DNA of 64,000 nt from a bacterium (GTDB lineage Bacteria; Electryoneota; JAOADG01): positions 1,024,001 to 1,088,000 of the forward strand of contig OY820579.1 of assembly GCA_963681965.1 (NCBI GenBank). The letters are read 5' to 3'. The stretch's first letter is position 1. Every line of letters begins with the position of its first letter. The notes under the pieces are model-generated. The model saw only the letters and a program-made list of their open reading frames with translations. It ran no database searches and was not told the origin of the DNA. Both the position numbers and the translations under genes were made by a program. Positions 45,865-54,494 of this stretch are shown here, piece after piece.

Positions 45865-46274
45865 TGGATCCCACTATTATCGAAATCATAGAAGAAAAAG
45901 ACATTGTAGTCTGTCGTCAGGAATGCCGCAATCAAGCGCGGTTGCTGGGCTTTTCCTTAGTCGATCAGACGCGAATTACCACTGCCGCCAGTGAACTCGC
46001 CCGAAATATTTACGAATACGCCAAGAAGGGCGAAGTGCGGATTGAAAAGATTCAATCGTCGAACGGTATCGGATTGAAAATGTCGTTTATCGATCACGGT
46101 AAGGGTATCGAGAATGTCGACCTAGTGATGAAAGACGGGTGGAGTTCCCATCAAGGTATGGGAATGGGATTACCCGGATCGAAACGATTGATGGATGAAT
46201 TCTCGATTCAGTCTGAAATCGGAAAAGGAACGACTGTAGTAGCTGTGAAGTGGTTGCACAAGGTTTTGATTTAG
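45864..46274 (+). CDS. rsbT: Stressosome serine/threonine kinase RsbT
   Basis: LGFSLVDQTRITTAASELARNI, DHGKGI and GMGMGLPGSKRLMDEF motifs. The ATG at 45864 overlaps the rsbS stop (TAATG). Confidence 0.92.
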   Translation: MDPTIIEIIEEKDIVVCRQECRNQARLLGFSLVDQTRITTAASELARNIYEYAKKGEVRIEKIQSSNGIGLKMSFIDHGKGIENVDLVMKDGWSSHQGMGMGLPGSKRLMDEFSIQSEIGKGTTVVAVKWLHKVLI

Positions 46275-46287
46275 AGAAAGGACAACG

Positions 46288-47280
46288 ATGGAAGCGAAAT
46301 TGGGATCACTAGAAAATCTAAAAGGGTTAATGGATGCAACAACCGGATTTTTGCGTGTAACCGATATCAATCAATTGTGTCAATTGACGGCGGATTCAAT
46401 TATCAAGTTTTCACCATTTCAGCGGTGCGTTGTTTCTGTATCTGAAACCGATGGAACATTCCGTCGAGTAGGCTTCAGTGGAATCAACAAAGCGCAAATC
46501 GATGAACTACTCAATATGCCCCGCCGCAAATTGTCCGAAACACAATCGCAACTGCAGGAACGCTTTCTAATCAGTCGATCCTATTATATTCCTCACGATG
46601 TTTCGAATTTGGTTGGTTTGAAAAGTACGATTACTTACGATACCAAAGCCGAATGGCATCCGGACGACTTCCTGTTCATTCCGTTGTACAATCCCGATAA
46701 TTCGATCGTCGGTTTAATCAACGTTGACGATCCATCGGACGGTCTCCGACCCACGGTTGCCAAATTATTGCCGTTGGAGATTTTTGCCAACCAAACGGCT
46801 GCAGCGTTGGAAAATATTCGCGGGATCCAGAAACAGCAGGAATTAATTCAACGGTTGCGCGATCAACAAAATGTCGTGCTGGAATTATCAACTCCGGTAA
46901 TTCAAATCACCGATCAAATATTGGCGCTACCGTTAATCGGAGCTGTGGACAGTGCCCGTGCGCAACAAATAATGGAAAATATTCTGATCCGGATTACCGA
47001 AACGGAAAGTGCTGTCATCATTATCGATATTACCGGAGTACCGATTATCGATACTTTAGTCGCTTCGCACTTGATCAAGACGGTCGCTGCGGCGAAACTG
47101 CTTGGTACGGAAGCGATTATCTCGGGAATTAATCCGGAAATAGCTCAAACGTTGATTCATCTTGGAGTTGATTTGACGAAGATTACAACGAAATCCAAAT
47201 TGTCCCGGGCATTGGATACGGCGTTGAAAATGACAAATCGAAAAATCGCTCCACTATTTGTTGAAAAAGAGAATGATTAA
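46288..47280 (+). CDS. rsbR: Stressosome sensor RsbR with N-terminal GAF domain
   Basis: GAF domain (WHPDDFLFIPL...VGLINVDDP) plus STAS domain (ELSTPVI, LPLIGAVDSARA, DITGVPIIDTLVA). Confidence 0.88.
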   Translation: MEAKLGSLENLKGLMDATTGFLRVTDINQLCQLTADSIIKFSPFQRCVVSVSETDGTFRRVGFSGINKAQIDELLNMPRRKLSETQSQLQERFLISRSYYIPHDVSNLVGLKSTITYDTKAEWHPDDFLFIPLYNPDNSIVGLINVDDPSDGLRPTVAKLLPLEIFANQTAAALENIRGIQKQQELIQRLRDQQNVVLELSTPVIQITDQILALPLIGAVDSARAQQIMENILIRITETESAVIIIDITGVPIIDTLVASHLIKTVAAAKLLGTEAIISGINPEIAQTLIHLGVDLTKITTKSKLSRALDTALKMTNRKIAPLFVEKEND

Positions 47281-48347
47281 TGGCACTTGAAGGTTTGTCG
47301 CCCGATATCTTTTCAGTATCGGTGGCGCCGGGCGAGAAACTGAGGGTGATATCGTATCAATCGTCGTACGATTCATCATCGATTATCGCTGTAGCTTGTG
47401 GATTTGGGATTCAATTCGGATTTGTCGAACGCGACATTCAGGAACTTGAGATCGTAGTTCGCGAGTTGCTTGCAAATATTTCACGTCATGGAGGTGGAGA
47501 AGGCACGATCGTTTTTTATTCACGGGAATTGGCGGATCGTCTACCGACGTTGATTATTGATTTTATGGATAATGGTCCCGGTTTTCCCGATTACGATCTT
47601 TCGCTTCACGATAATACAATCAGTGGATTTACACCGGGAGGCGGATTACCATCGGCTCGACGGTTTTGTGATCGTGTCGAACTAATGCCGAATTCACCGA
47701 AAGGCGCAATTGTTCGAATCACGAAATCCAGCAGTCGGTCGAATCCACACCGTATCGGTTCGTTTGTTGTTTTGTCGAAACCGCATCTGGGTGAAACGCA
47801 CAATGGCGATCAGGCGACAGTAATTCACACCAATAATTTTACATTGGTCGCACTGGTTGATGGATTGGGTCACGGTTTAGTTGCTTTTCAAGCGGCAAAA
47901 TCCGCGATCACGATCATCGAACAAAATTATCAAGTACCACTTGATCAATTGATCAAAATTATGCATATCGAATTGATGAAAACGCGGGGTGCAGCGGTTT
48001 CGCTGGCAAAGATCAATTACGATCCACAGACGATCGATTATCTGGGTATTGGAAATGTAAATACGGCACTGATTTCCAATACAGCGAATCACTTAGTGAA
48101 TTACAACGGTACTGTCGGGCTTGATATTTCCCGGTCGCATGTTGTAACATACAAATATGAATTGGGCATGCGATTGATTATGTATACTGACGGTTTGGCG
48201 AGTAATTGGATGAAAAATCAAGATTTGAACATTGAGTGCGATGCCTTGCAACAGGCACACACCATTTTGTCCAGTCATGCCCGACCAACCGATGACGCAA
48301 CGCTGGTATTGGGTAAATTGATGCTTTGGACTCCGGAAAATGGATGA
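47280..48347 (+). CDS. rsbX: RsbT-like HATPase fused to RsbX-like PP2C phosphatase
   Basis: ELLANISRH, DNGPG, GGGLPSARR; then NGD, VDGLGHG, TRGAA, YTDGL and DDAT. Confidence 0.8.
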   Translation: MALEGLSPDIFSVSVAPGEKLRVISYQSSYDSSSIIAVACGFGIQFGFVERDIQELEIVVRELLANISRHGGGEGTIVFYSRELADRLPTLIIDFMDNGPGFPDYDLSLHDNTISGFTPGGGLPSARRFCDRVELMPNSPKGAIVRITKSSSRSNPHRIGSFVVLSKPHLGETHNGDQATVIHTNNFTLVALVDGLGHGLVAFQAAKSAITIIEQNYQVPLDQLIKIMHIELMKTRGAAVSLAKINYDPQTIDYLGIGNVNTALISNTANHLVNYNGTVGLDISRSHVVTYKYELGMRLIMYTDGLASNWMKNQDLNIECDALQQAHTILSSHARPTDDATLVLGKLMLWTPENG

Positions 48348-48834
48348 GAACGATCAAATCATTGCCGGTCTGAAAAACGATATTCAATCGCTCCGCGACG
48401 AATTGGCTGAAACCAATCGAGGAGTAATTGCACTATACTCCGAAATTGAAGACGCCAATCTTCAATTACAACAACAGCGAAACGAATTGAAAGCTAAAAA
48501 CGATCTCCTTGAAGCAACGATGGTGCAGTTGGAAGAGGCGAATCGCGAAATCTCCAAACGTGAACGTAATGCCGCCATCGGACAAATGGTCATTACCTAC
48601 AATCACGAAATCAACAACCCGCTCTTTGTCATCCAAGGGACACTAAGTTTGATGCAAAAATTCCCGCCCAAGGATGAGGAAAAGTTGAAAGAAAAAATTC
48701 GTATTATCCTTGATAATTGCGATCGAATCAGTCGCGTCCTACTTCGGATCAGAGAATTTGACAATCTCTTGCCGAAGAAGTATTTGAATAGCGAGTTGCT
48801 TGATCTCAAATTAACTAAAGATTTAACAACCTGA
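48340..48834 (+). CDS. Coiled-coil plus HisKA (DHp) domain protein without an ATPase domain
   Basis: ELAETNRGVIALYSEIE (typical of stressosome-linked kinases) and H-box TYNHEINNPL. The ORF ends before any HATPase domain. Confidence 0.75.
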   Translation: MDENDQIIAGLKNDIQSLRDELAETNRGVIALYSEIEDANLQLQQQRNELKAKNDLLEATMVQLEEANREISKRERNAAIGQMVITYNHEINNPLFVIQGTLSLMQKFPPKDEEKLKEKIRIILDNCDRISRVLLRIREFDNLLPKKYLNSELLDLKLTKDLTT

Positions 48835-48852
48835 TCGATGTTCGATAGAAAT

Positions 48853-48883
48853 AAAAAAACCGGCTTATGCAAGCCGGTTTTTT
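48853..48883. terminator. Bidirectional rho-independent terminator
   Basis: AAAAAAACCGGCTT-ATGC-AAGCCGGTTTTTT between convergent genes. Confidence 0.9.
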
Positions 48884-48893
48884 CGTTAACCAA

Positions 48894-51800
48894 TTACGGT
48901 CGCAACCAGTAATCGCTGGGGTATACCGTGTATACCGGTAAATTGGGTTCGAATTTTGCGATTTCGGTAGCAAGCGATTCGAATTGTGTTTTTGGTCCAA
49001 TCACAAAGAAATTGGGATCCACTGCATTGACCTTCGAATTCCCCATCCCGACGATCACCGAGCCATATACTCGATCGATTCGCTTATACAATTCAGGGAT
49101 TAAATTAGGTGTTTTACTCACTGTCAAAATTTGTTTCCGGAAAGAGGCAACTCGTTCCGGTGTGATACCATCCGCTAAATTTGCGGCAATCTTATAACCA
49201 CGCGATTCGTAACGGTCGGCAGCTTGACTGTCGACAAAATACTGTGCGACGATATAATCGGAAAGTGATGAGTCAACCGCGGTTTTACTTGCCTTTAAGT
49301 AATCTGCTACAAATCGAATCGTCGCAGCGATATCCGGACATCGTTCGGCATAATAACTAGCTCGCCCCTTCGATTCGCCGATGCGAAAACCGTTACTGTA
49401 GGCTAATCCGGAGCCCCATGTCTTCATGAATAGACCGTGAGCGCCACTACCGCCGAATAGACCACCAGTGAGGTAATCCATTGCGGCTTCGCGGCTGCTG
49501 TCCCATGGTGCAGTTAATTTGCATGTGAGCATCAGAACGCCGTTCCGCGAATTTTCATTCAACAACCCCACATACACCGGTTTCTTCAGACCGGGATTGC
49601 GGTCGCAAATCCGTTGTTCGATTCTTCGAATGTTGGAGTAATGCTGTTCGATCGGTTGTTTGTTCTCCAAGCATGAAACTAAATGTTCAATTTTTGGAAG
49701 CATTGCTTCACGATCGATGCGACTGGAAACTAGATACATTCGTGCATTACCGGAATTCCGCAGCGAGGCGAGAATCTGACGGAAATCGGCGAGTGTGCGA
49801 TCGGGACCATAAGCTAGATCGGATTTTACTAGCTGGCACAGAGCGATAAAATCGGAAGCGGCGGTTTCCGTAGGTAAATCGCCGATCATCGAACCAAGTT
49901 CTTTCGACAGAATCTTGATAATATCGGATGCTGAAGAAGTCAATTGCTTCGGTTCTGAGCGATCAAGTAATGTCGTTAAGTTTTCACGACTCATACCTGC
50001 AGAATGCGAAATTAGATCGTCAAGATACTGATAAACTTCCGATCGTGCCTGACTCTTTTCGATTTCTGTGAAACGGCACTTCAAGCGAAACATACACGCT
50101 TTTTGCGTTAAAAATGAGTTGCAGACCAGAAACAATGGTTTGTTTTGGAGATAGTAAGAGATCGAGGGATTGCGTACCCAATTCTCTTCCTTTCCAGTCA
50201 TCGAATTTCGTAAACCGTCTAATTCTTCATCGATGACATCGCGAATTCGAGGAAGATTCTCGTGTGCGAGATAGGGTGAAGTTAATCCCAGTTCCATCCA
50301 CTTTGCCGAATTTTCGAATTCGGTGCGATTACCGCCCATTCCTGTCAACAGTAATTCAAACCGATCCGCGACTTCGCTGACATCTAGCGAAGCACCGAAA
50401 TGTAATACTTCTTCGTGGAGACGCTTCTCCATCTCTTCGTAACTGACCGGTTTACCATTATCGACGACTCCGATCTGATTGATTATCGATGGGAGCAAAG
50501 GAACGTAAAACAGCAGCGACTCGGGTATGACCGAAAGCCGTAACGACAGACCGGTTGTGATTGACGTGATATTATCGAATGTAGACGCAACCACCGGTAC
50601 ACCATTCGATAACTTGATTGTTTCATAATTCAGCAGAGGATCGGGTGTCAGTGGCGGATTTTCGACAAATTTCGGAAGCTTCAATCCAACATATTGCTGA
50701 TCGATTTGTTTGGTTGTTTCGTTGTAATCGCGTTCGAACAACACTAACGCTGAATCGGTAGAAGAAGCGTGGTATTTGGACTTCAGCTTATTCAATGCTT
50801 TTGCCAAACGCGCCTCTTTTTCGGCAACTGCCGTCTTAGCCAATGTCGTATTCGGAACCGAAGCAAAGGCAAATGGTGGTCGCTTAAGTAGTTTGCTACG
50901 ATCGATCAACGACCTCCAGATATTCTTCCCGCTCTTTACTTTGGCTTCAAGTGCATCGATATCCGATTTCATTGCGAGCGATTTACTGAATGAATTGCTG
51001 GATTTTTCAAGTTGCGATAGATAATAGTACCAATTGGAAGCACCGCCACCACCGCGTTCACCGAATCCGGGAGGTGAATTGAGATAATACCGGATACCTT
51101 TCCGGAATTGCTGAATTCGTGACAAAACATCTTTATTGAATTCGATCAACTCAGGCGAACCGTCCGGATAAGAAGACAGCCGTTGCAATTCGGTCGAAAC
51201 AATTAACCGGAGCGAATCTATCATCGTTTGATTGATTTTATTACGGGCAATTCCCGTAAAGATAAAGCCGAGCGAATTTCCCGGATCGGAGTTGATGTAA
51301 CCTGATACGCTTGCAGCGCCAGTTTCGATAACACGAGTTTTCGATCCGATAATTTTTTGGTGTAAAGGGGATGATTGTGAATTGACGAATGAATTGATAA
51401 AATATTGCATTAATAGATACGTGTCGAATGAAAACTCATTATCCGCTGGATACAAAAAGTAAACTTCGCAGCGATCGTTTGGGTTATCGCTCGGATACTC
51501 GACAGGTATCAATTTACCTGAAGGAGATGCCGGATGAATTGTCGGCAAATTGGGTTTTGTCATTCCGTTGACAATGCCGGTATGTCCATTTGGTTCGATT
51601 CGATCCAATATCTCGGATAAACGAGATAGACTTGCTTCGATTGGAACATCGGCAGGTAATGCTACGATCGCGCCCATCTTGTCCAGTCGGTAATTGTCGG
51701 AATGGAATCGTCGAATATCGTCGGTTGTCATCGTACGATTGGCAGGAGGATAACCGCCTGTCTCACTCGATAGCGGGTGATCTTTACCATAGATGTGGTA

Positions 51801-52430
51801 ATTCGCCATTTGAAACAATAGCGAATTGGGTTTTTCAAAAGCACTGAGCATTTCGGTATAGATCGTGCCCTTTTCTTCCAAAACTCGCTTCCCGGTTTTC
51901 GAGTCGATACTTACACCTAAATGATAATCTTCTCTGACTTGTTCTGCATCGGAAAAGTCGGGGTGAAGCAGAGCATCCAATTTCAAATCGAAGAGACGGT
52001 AAAAGGATCCCGTGTCGGCATTCGTGTTGAAATGATAAGCAGTATAAAGTTGCGAAGTATAGGCGGTACTCGTGGCAAGCGTCATATCTTCGAAAACGGA
52101 GATAATCTTTCCCTTCTTGCCTTTACCGAGAACTAGATGCTCGATCGAATGCGGTTCGCCTTTTTCACTGCTTGTTCGCGTGTTTACCCAGATAAAAGCT
52201 TGAGGTACCGATTGAATTGGCAGTAAGTCGAGAATGAAACTATGCTTGATGCTTTGAAATCGTGCACCGATACGCACATCGGCATCGTTCGTATATACAT
52301 TCTCAACTTTAAATCCAGCGATGATATCGCCTTCACGAAATTGATCGAGCCGATTAGTAGATTCGGCGATGGATATTGTACAGAAGATTGCCAAGAGGAG
52401 CAGGATGGAAATTCTTTGATAAATGCGCAT
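48894..52430 (-). CDS. Secreted M16C (presequence protease/insulinase-like) zinc metallopeptidase
   Basis: Signal peptide (MRIYQRISILLLLAIFCTISIA), inverzincin HSIEH motif and KGTIYTEM (third Zn ligand), C-terminal GLAY. Start taken at the ATG at 52430. Confidence 0.78.
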   Translation of the reverse strand: MRIYQRISILLLLAIFCTISIAESTNRLDQFREGDIIAGFKVENVYTNDADVRIGARFQSIKHSFILDLLPIQSVPQAFIWVNTRTSSEKGEPHSIEHLVLGKGKKGKIISVFEDMTLATSTAYTSQLYTAYHFNTNADTGSFYRLFDLKLDALLHPDFSDAEQVREDYHLGVSIDSKTGKRVLEEKGTIYTEMLSAFEKPNSLLFQMANYHIYGKDHPLSSETGGYPPANRTMTTDDIRRFHSDNYRLDKMGAIVALPADVPIEASLSRLSEILDRIEPNGHTGIVNGMTKPNLPTIHPASPSGKLIPVEYPSDNPNDRCEVYFLYPADNEFSFDTYLLMQYFINSFVNSQSSPLHQKIIGSKTRVIETGAASVSGYINSDPGNSLGFIFTGIARNKINQTMIDSLRLIVSTELQRLSSYPDGSPELIEFNKDVLSRIQQFRKGIRYYLNSPPGFGERGGGGASNWYYYLSQLEKSSNSFSKSLAMKSDIDALEAKVKSGKNIWRSLIDRSKLLKRPPFAFASVPNTTLAKTAVAEKEARLAKALNKLKSKYHASSTDSALVLFERDYNETTKQIDQQYVGLKLPKFVENPPLTPDPLLNYETIKLSNGVPVVASTFDNITSITTGLSLRLSVIPESLLFYVPLLPSIINQIGVVDNGKPVSYEEMEKRLHEEVLHFGASLDVSEVADRFELLLTGMGGNRTEFENSAKWMELGLTSPYLAHENLPRIRDVIDEELDGLRNSMTGKEENWVRNPSISYYLQNKPLFLVCNSFLTQKACMFRLKCRFTEIEKSQARSEVYQYLDDLISHSAGMSRENLTTLLDRSEPKQLTSSASDIIKILSKELGSMIGDLPTETAASDFIALCQLVKSDLAYGPDRTLADFRQILASLRNSGNARMYLVSSRIDREAMLPKIEHLVSCLENKQPIEQHYSNIRRIEQRICDRNPGLKKPVYVGLLNENSRNGVLMLTCKLTAPWDSSREAAMDYLTGGLFGGSGAHGLFMKTWGSGLAYSNGFRIGESKGRASYYAERCPDIAATIRFVADYLKASKTAVDSSLSDYIVAQYFVDSQAADRYESRGYKIAANLADGITPERVASFRKQILTVSKTPNLIPELYKRIDRVYGSVIVGMGNSKVNAVDPNFFVIGPKTQFESLATEIAKFEPNLPVYTVYPSDYWLRP

Positions 52431-52593
52431 AGGAATCCTTTCAGTCAAGAAATTCATCGATGAATGTCGCTTACAAGAGACAATTTAACCAAAATCAACG
52501 TAGTTTCAACCAATCGTACAGTTTGTGATTGACGCAATCGAAAGGGTTGCAGTCGCATCATTCGGTGTGTGTTTCGATACAAAACAGTCACAA

Positions 52594-52624
52594 AATGAAG
52601 TGATGAATTACGCAACACTTCATT
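52594..52624 (-). terminator. Putative terminator hairpin downstream of the deacetylase gene
   Basis: AATGAAGTG...CACTTCATT inverted repeat followed by Ts on the minus strand. Confidence 0.4.
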
Positions 52625-52665
52625 CGATTGTGTTTAACAATTGTGCAGATGGAAGGGATGTTCTG

Positions 52666-54480
52666 TTATTTTGGAAATAAGCTGAATGAGTTGCGGTCTC
52701 GAATCAGTGAAATTATCGTTTCCGAGCCGGGGTCGAGTGGCGGTAAATTGATAACATATTGAGAATAATCCCCAGAACCCTGAATCCCGTCTTTCGAAGC
52801 GTTCAATTTAATCTTGGATTTCCGATAACTTCGTGGGAGTTGGAAATTTAGTGCTAAGTTTTCAGAAAGAGTCGCGTGTTTATTGTTAATTGTTATTTGA
52901 AAAGCCGTGTCCAATTCAACTGTTTTGATTTGCAAGTCGTTTCGTTCGAGTACCCATGATGAGATTTCTGCCAGTGTCGCGATCCAACTATTTTCTTTGG
53001 TGATATGCGCCAAAGCAACATCGACCGAACCGATGAATTCCGCTTTCGCAATGTATTGACTGTGATAGTTGAATTTATAAAGTCCACCGCAGTCGGCAAT
53101 CAGGTCGTAATTGGCAATTGCCATCTCGCCCATTCGTTGTGCATCGGTTAGCCCGAATCTAGCCATCAGATCGTAATCGTCTAACTCACATTTTGGATAA
53201 ACTACAATATTGCCATCTTGCAATCGAGCGCTGTCGTACGGAATAACTCTGGGATAAAATTGATTGGGGTCTTCATCGGCGGCAACATAAATCAGATTGC
53301 ACGCTTTCGCAGCGAGCAATGTATTGCGATCGTATGAAATCGTCGGCGGTCGAAGTCCTACCGGGCGCGGTCCAAACCGTTCAATAAAATCTTGAGCTGC
53401 GGTGATGCGGTTGATTTGAACCTCGATTGGTTGTCCACCGAATGCGTCATGAACATCGCCATGAATTCCCAATTCACTCCCGATCGCCTTCATCTGATTG
53501 ATGACATCCGGAAATTTTGCACCTAAACAGACCAACACATTGAACGTCGTCTTGATGTGATATTTGTTAATGATCGGGAAGATATTGGTTACTTCATCGA
53601 ATTGATCTTCTATGTCACCATGAATCAAAATGCCGGCTTTCTTGCCATTAGGCCAAGGCATCACACCACTGACTCCATGACCGGACAGCCAATAAATCTG
53701 GTCGCGGATCATCGTTTGAGCAAAGGATTTGTTCCGCGGATCGTCGCTAAAATCGAGAAGGTCGGCGCCAAACCAGATGACGCGTCCACCGTCGGAATTT
53801 TCGCGGTAGATCATTCCAGTGAGACGGGGCATCGAAAATGGGTCGGACTCGACATATTCCACTTCTTCCGCCCAATATCCGATCGGTTTCGTTTTAGATG
53901 ACGTATTGAGAAACAGCACATGTTTCGAGGGTGTGAAGGTCATCATCAAACCCGGGGGAATATTAAGTGTGCCCGGAACACCATAGCGCAAGAGAATCGA
54001 TGTGGAGATATCCGGAACCATATCGCTCAGTTCGGGCTTCTCGCCGATTAACTTCGAAAGTCCGTTGTAATTGGTAAACTTCCCGTGTACATCGTAGCAA
54101 CCGATTTCACCGGCAAGATAAAGACCACCGCCGTCCTCGACGAATTGTGACAATGCATTCAGTTGGGTTGGAAGCAGATATGCGGCATAATTGACAACCA
54201 CTACATCGATATTTTTCTTTACTTCTCGAAAGGTCGATTCCCGGGTGTACTCATACTTAATCGGAATACTGGAAATCTCACTTGGGGGGTAGAGATGAAA
54301 TGGATTTGCATTTGCCGGAATTGTCGCACCATTCGTGCGCCATTCGGTGACGTCTGGCTCGATAATCAGTACCCGAATTTCGGAATTCGCTGCCGCGAAT
54401 ACAACGCATGGCAATACCAGTCCTACCATGACCAGTAGACCAAAGATGAATATTCTAGATTGCAATTGTTTTCGTTTCAT
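52666..54480 (-). CDS. Secreted polysaccharide deacetylase (CE4/NodB-like) with N-terminal class-I-GATase-like domain
   Basis: Signal peptide; LSQFVEDGGGL and GRVIWFG; WPNGKKA..IHGDIED, TTFN, ELGIHGDVH, GLRPP and NYHSQ motifs. Confidence 0.78.
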   Translation of the reverse strand: MKRKQLQSRIFIFGLLVMVGLVLPCVVFAAANSEIRVLIIEPDVTEWRTNGATIPANANPFHLYPPSEISSIPIKYEYTRESTFREVKKNIDVVVVNYAAYLLPTQLNALSQFVEDGGGLYLAGEIGCYDVHGKFTNYNGLSKLIGEKPELSDMVPDISTSILLRYGVPGTLNIPPGLMMTFTPSKHVLFLNTSSKTKPIGYWAEEVEYVESDPFSMPRLTGMIYRENSDGGRVIWFGADLLDFSDDPRNKSFAQTMIRDQIYWLSGHGVSGVMPWPNGKKAGILIHGDIEDQFDEVTNIFPIINKYHIKTTFNVLVCLGAKFPDVINQMKAIGSELGIHGDVHDAFGGQPIEVQINRITAAQDFIERFGPRPVGLRPPTISYDRNTLLAAKACNLIYVAADEDPNQFYPRVIPYDSARLQDGNIVVYPKCELDDYDLMARFGLTDAQRMGEMAIANYDLIADCGGLYKFNYHSQYIAKAEFIGSVDVALAHITKENSWIATLAEISSWVLERNDLQIKTVELDTAFQITINNKHATLSENLALNFQLPRSYRKSKIKLNASKDGIQGSGDYSQYVINLPPLDPGSETIISLIRDRNSFSLFPK

Positions 54481-54494
54481 TTCGATAATACCGA

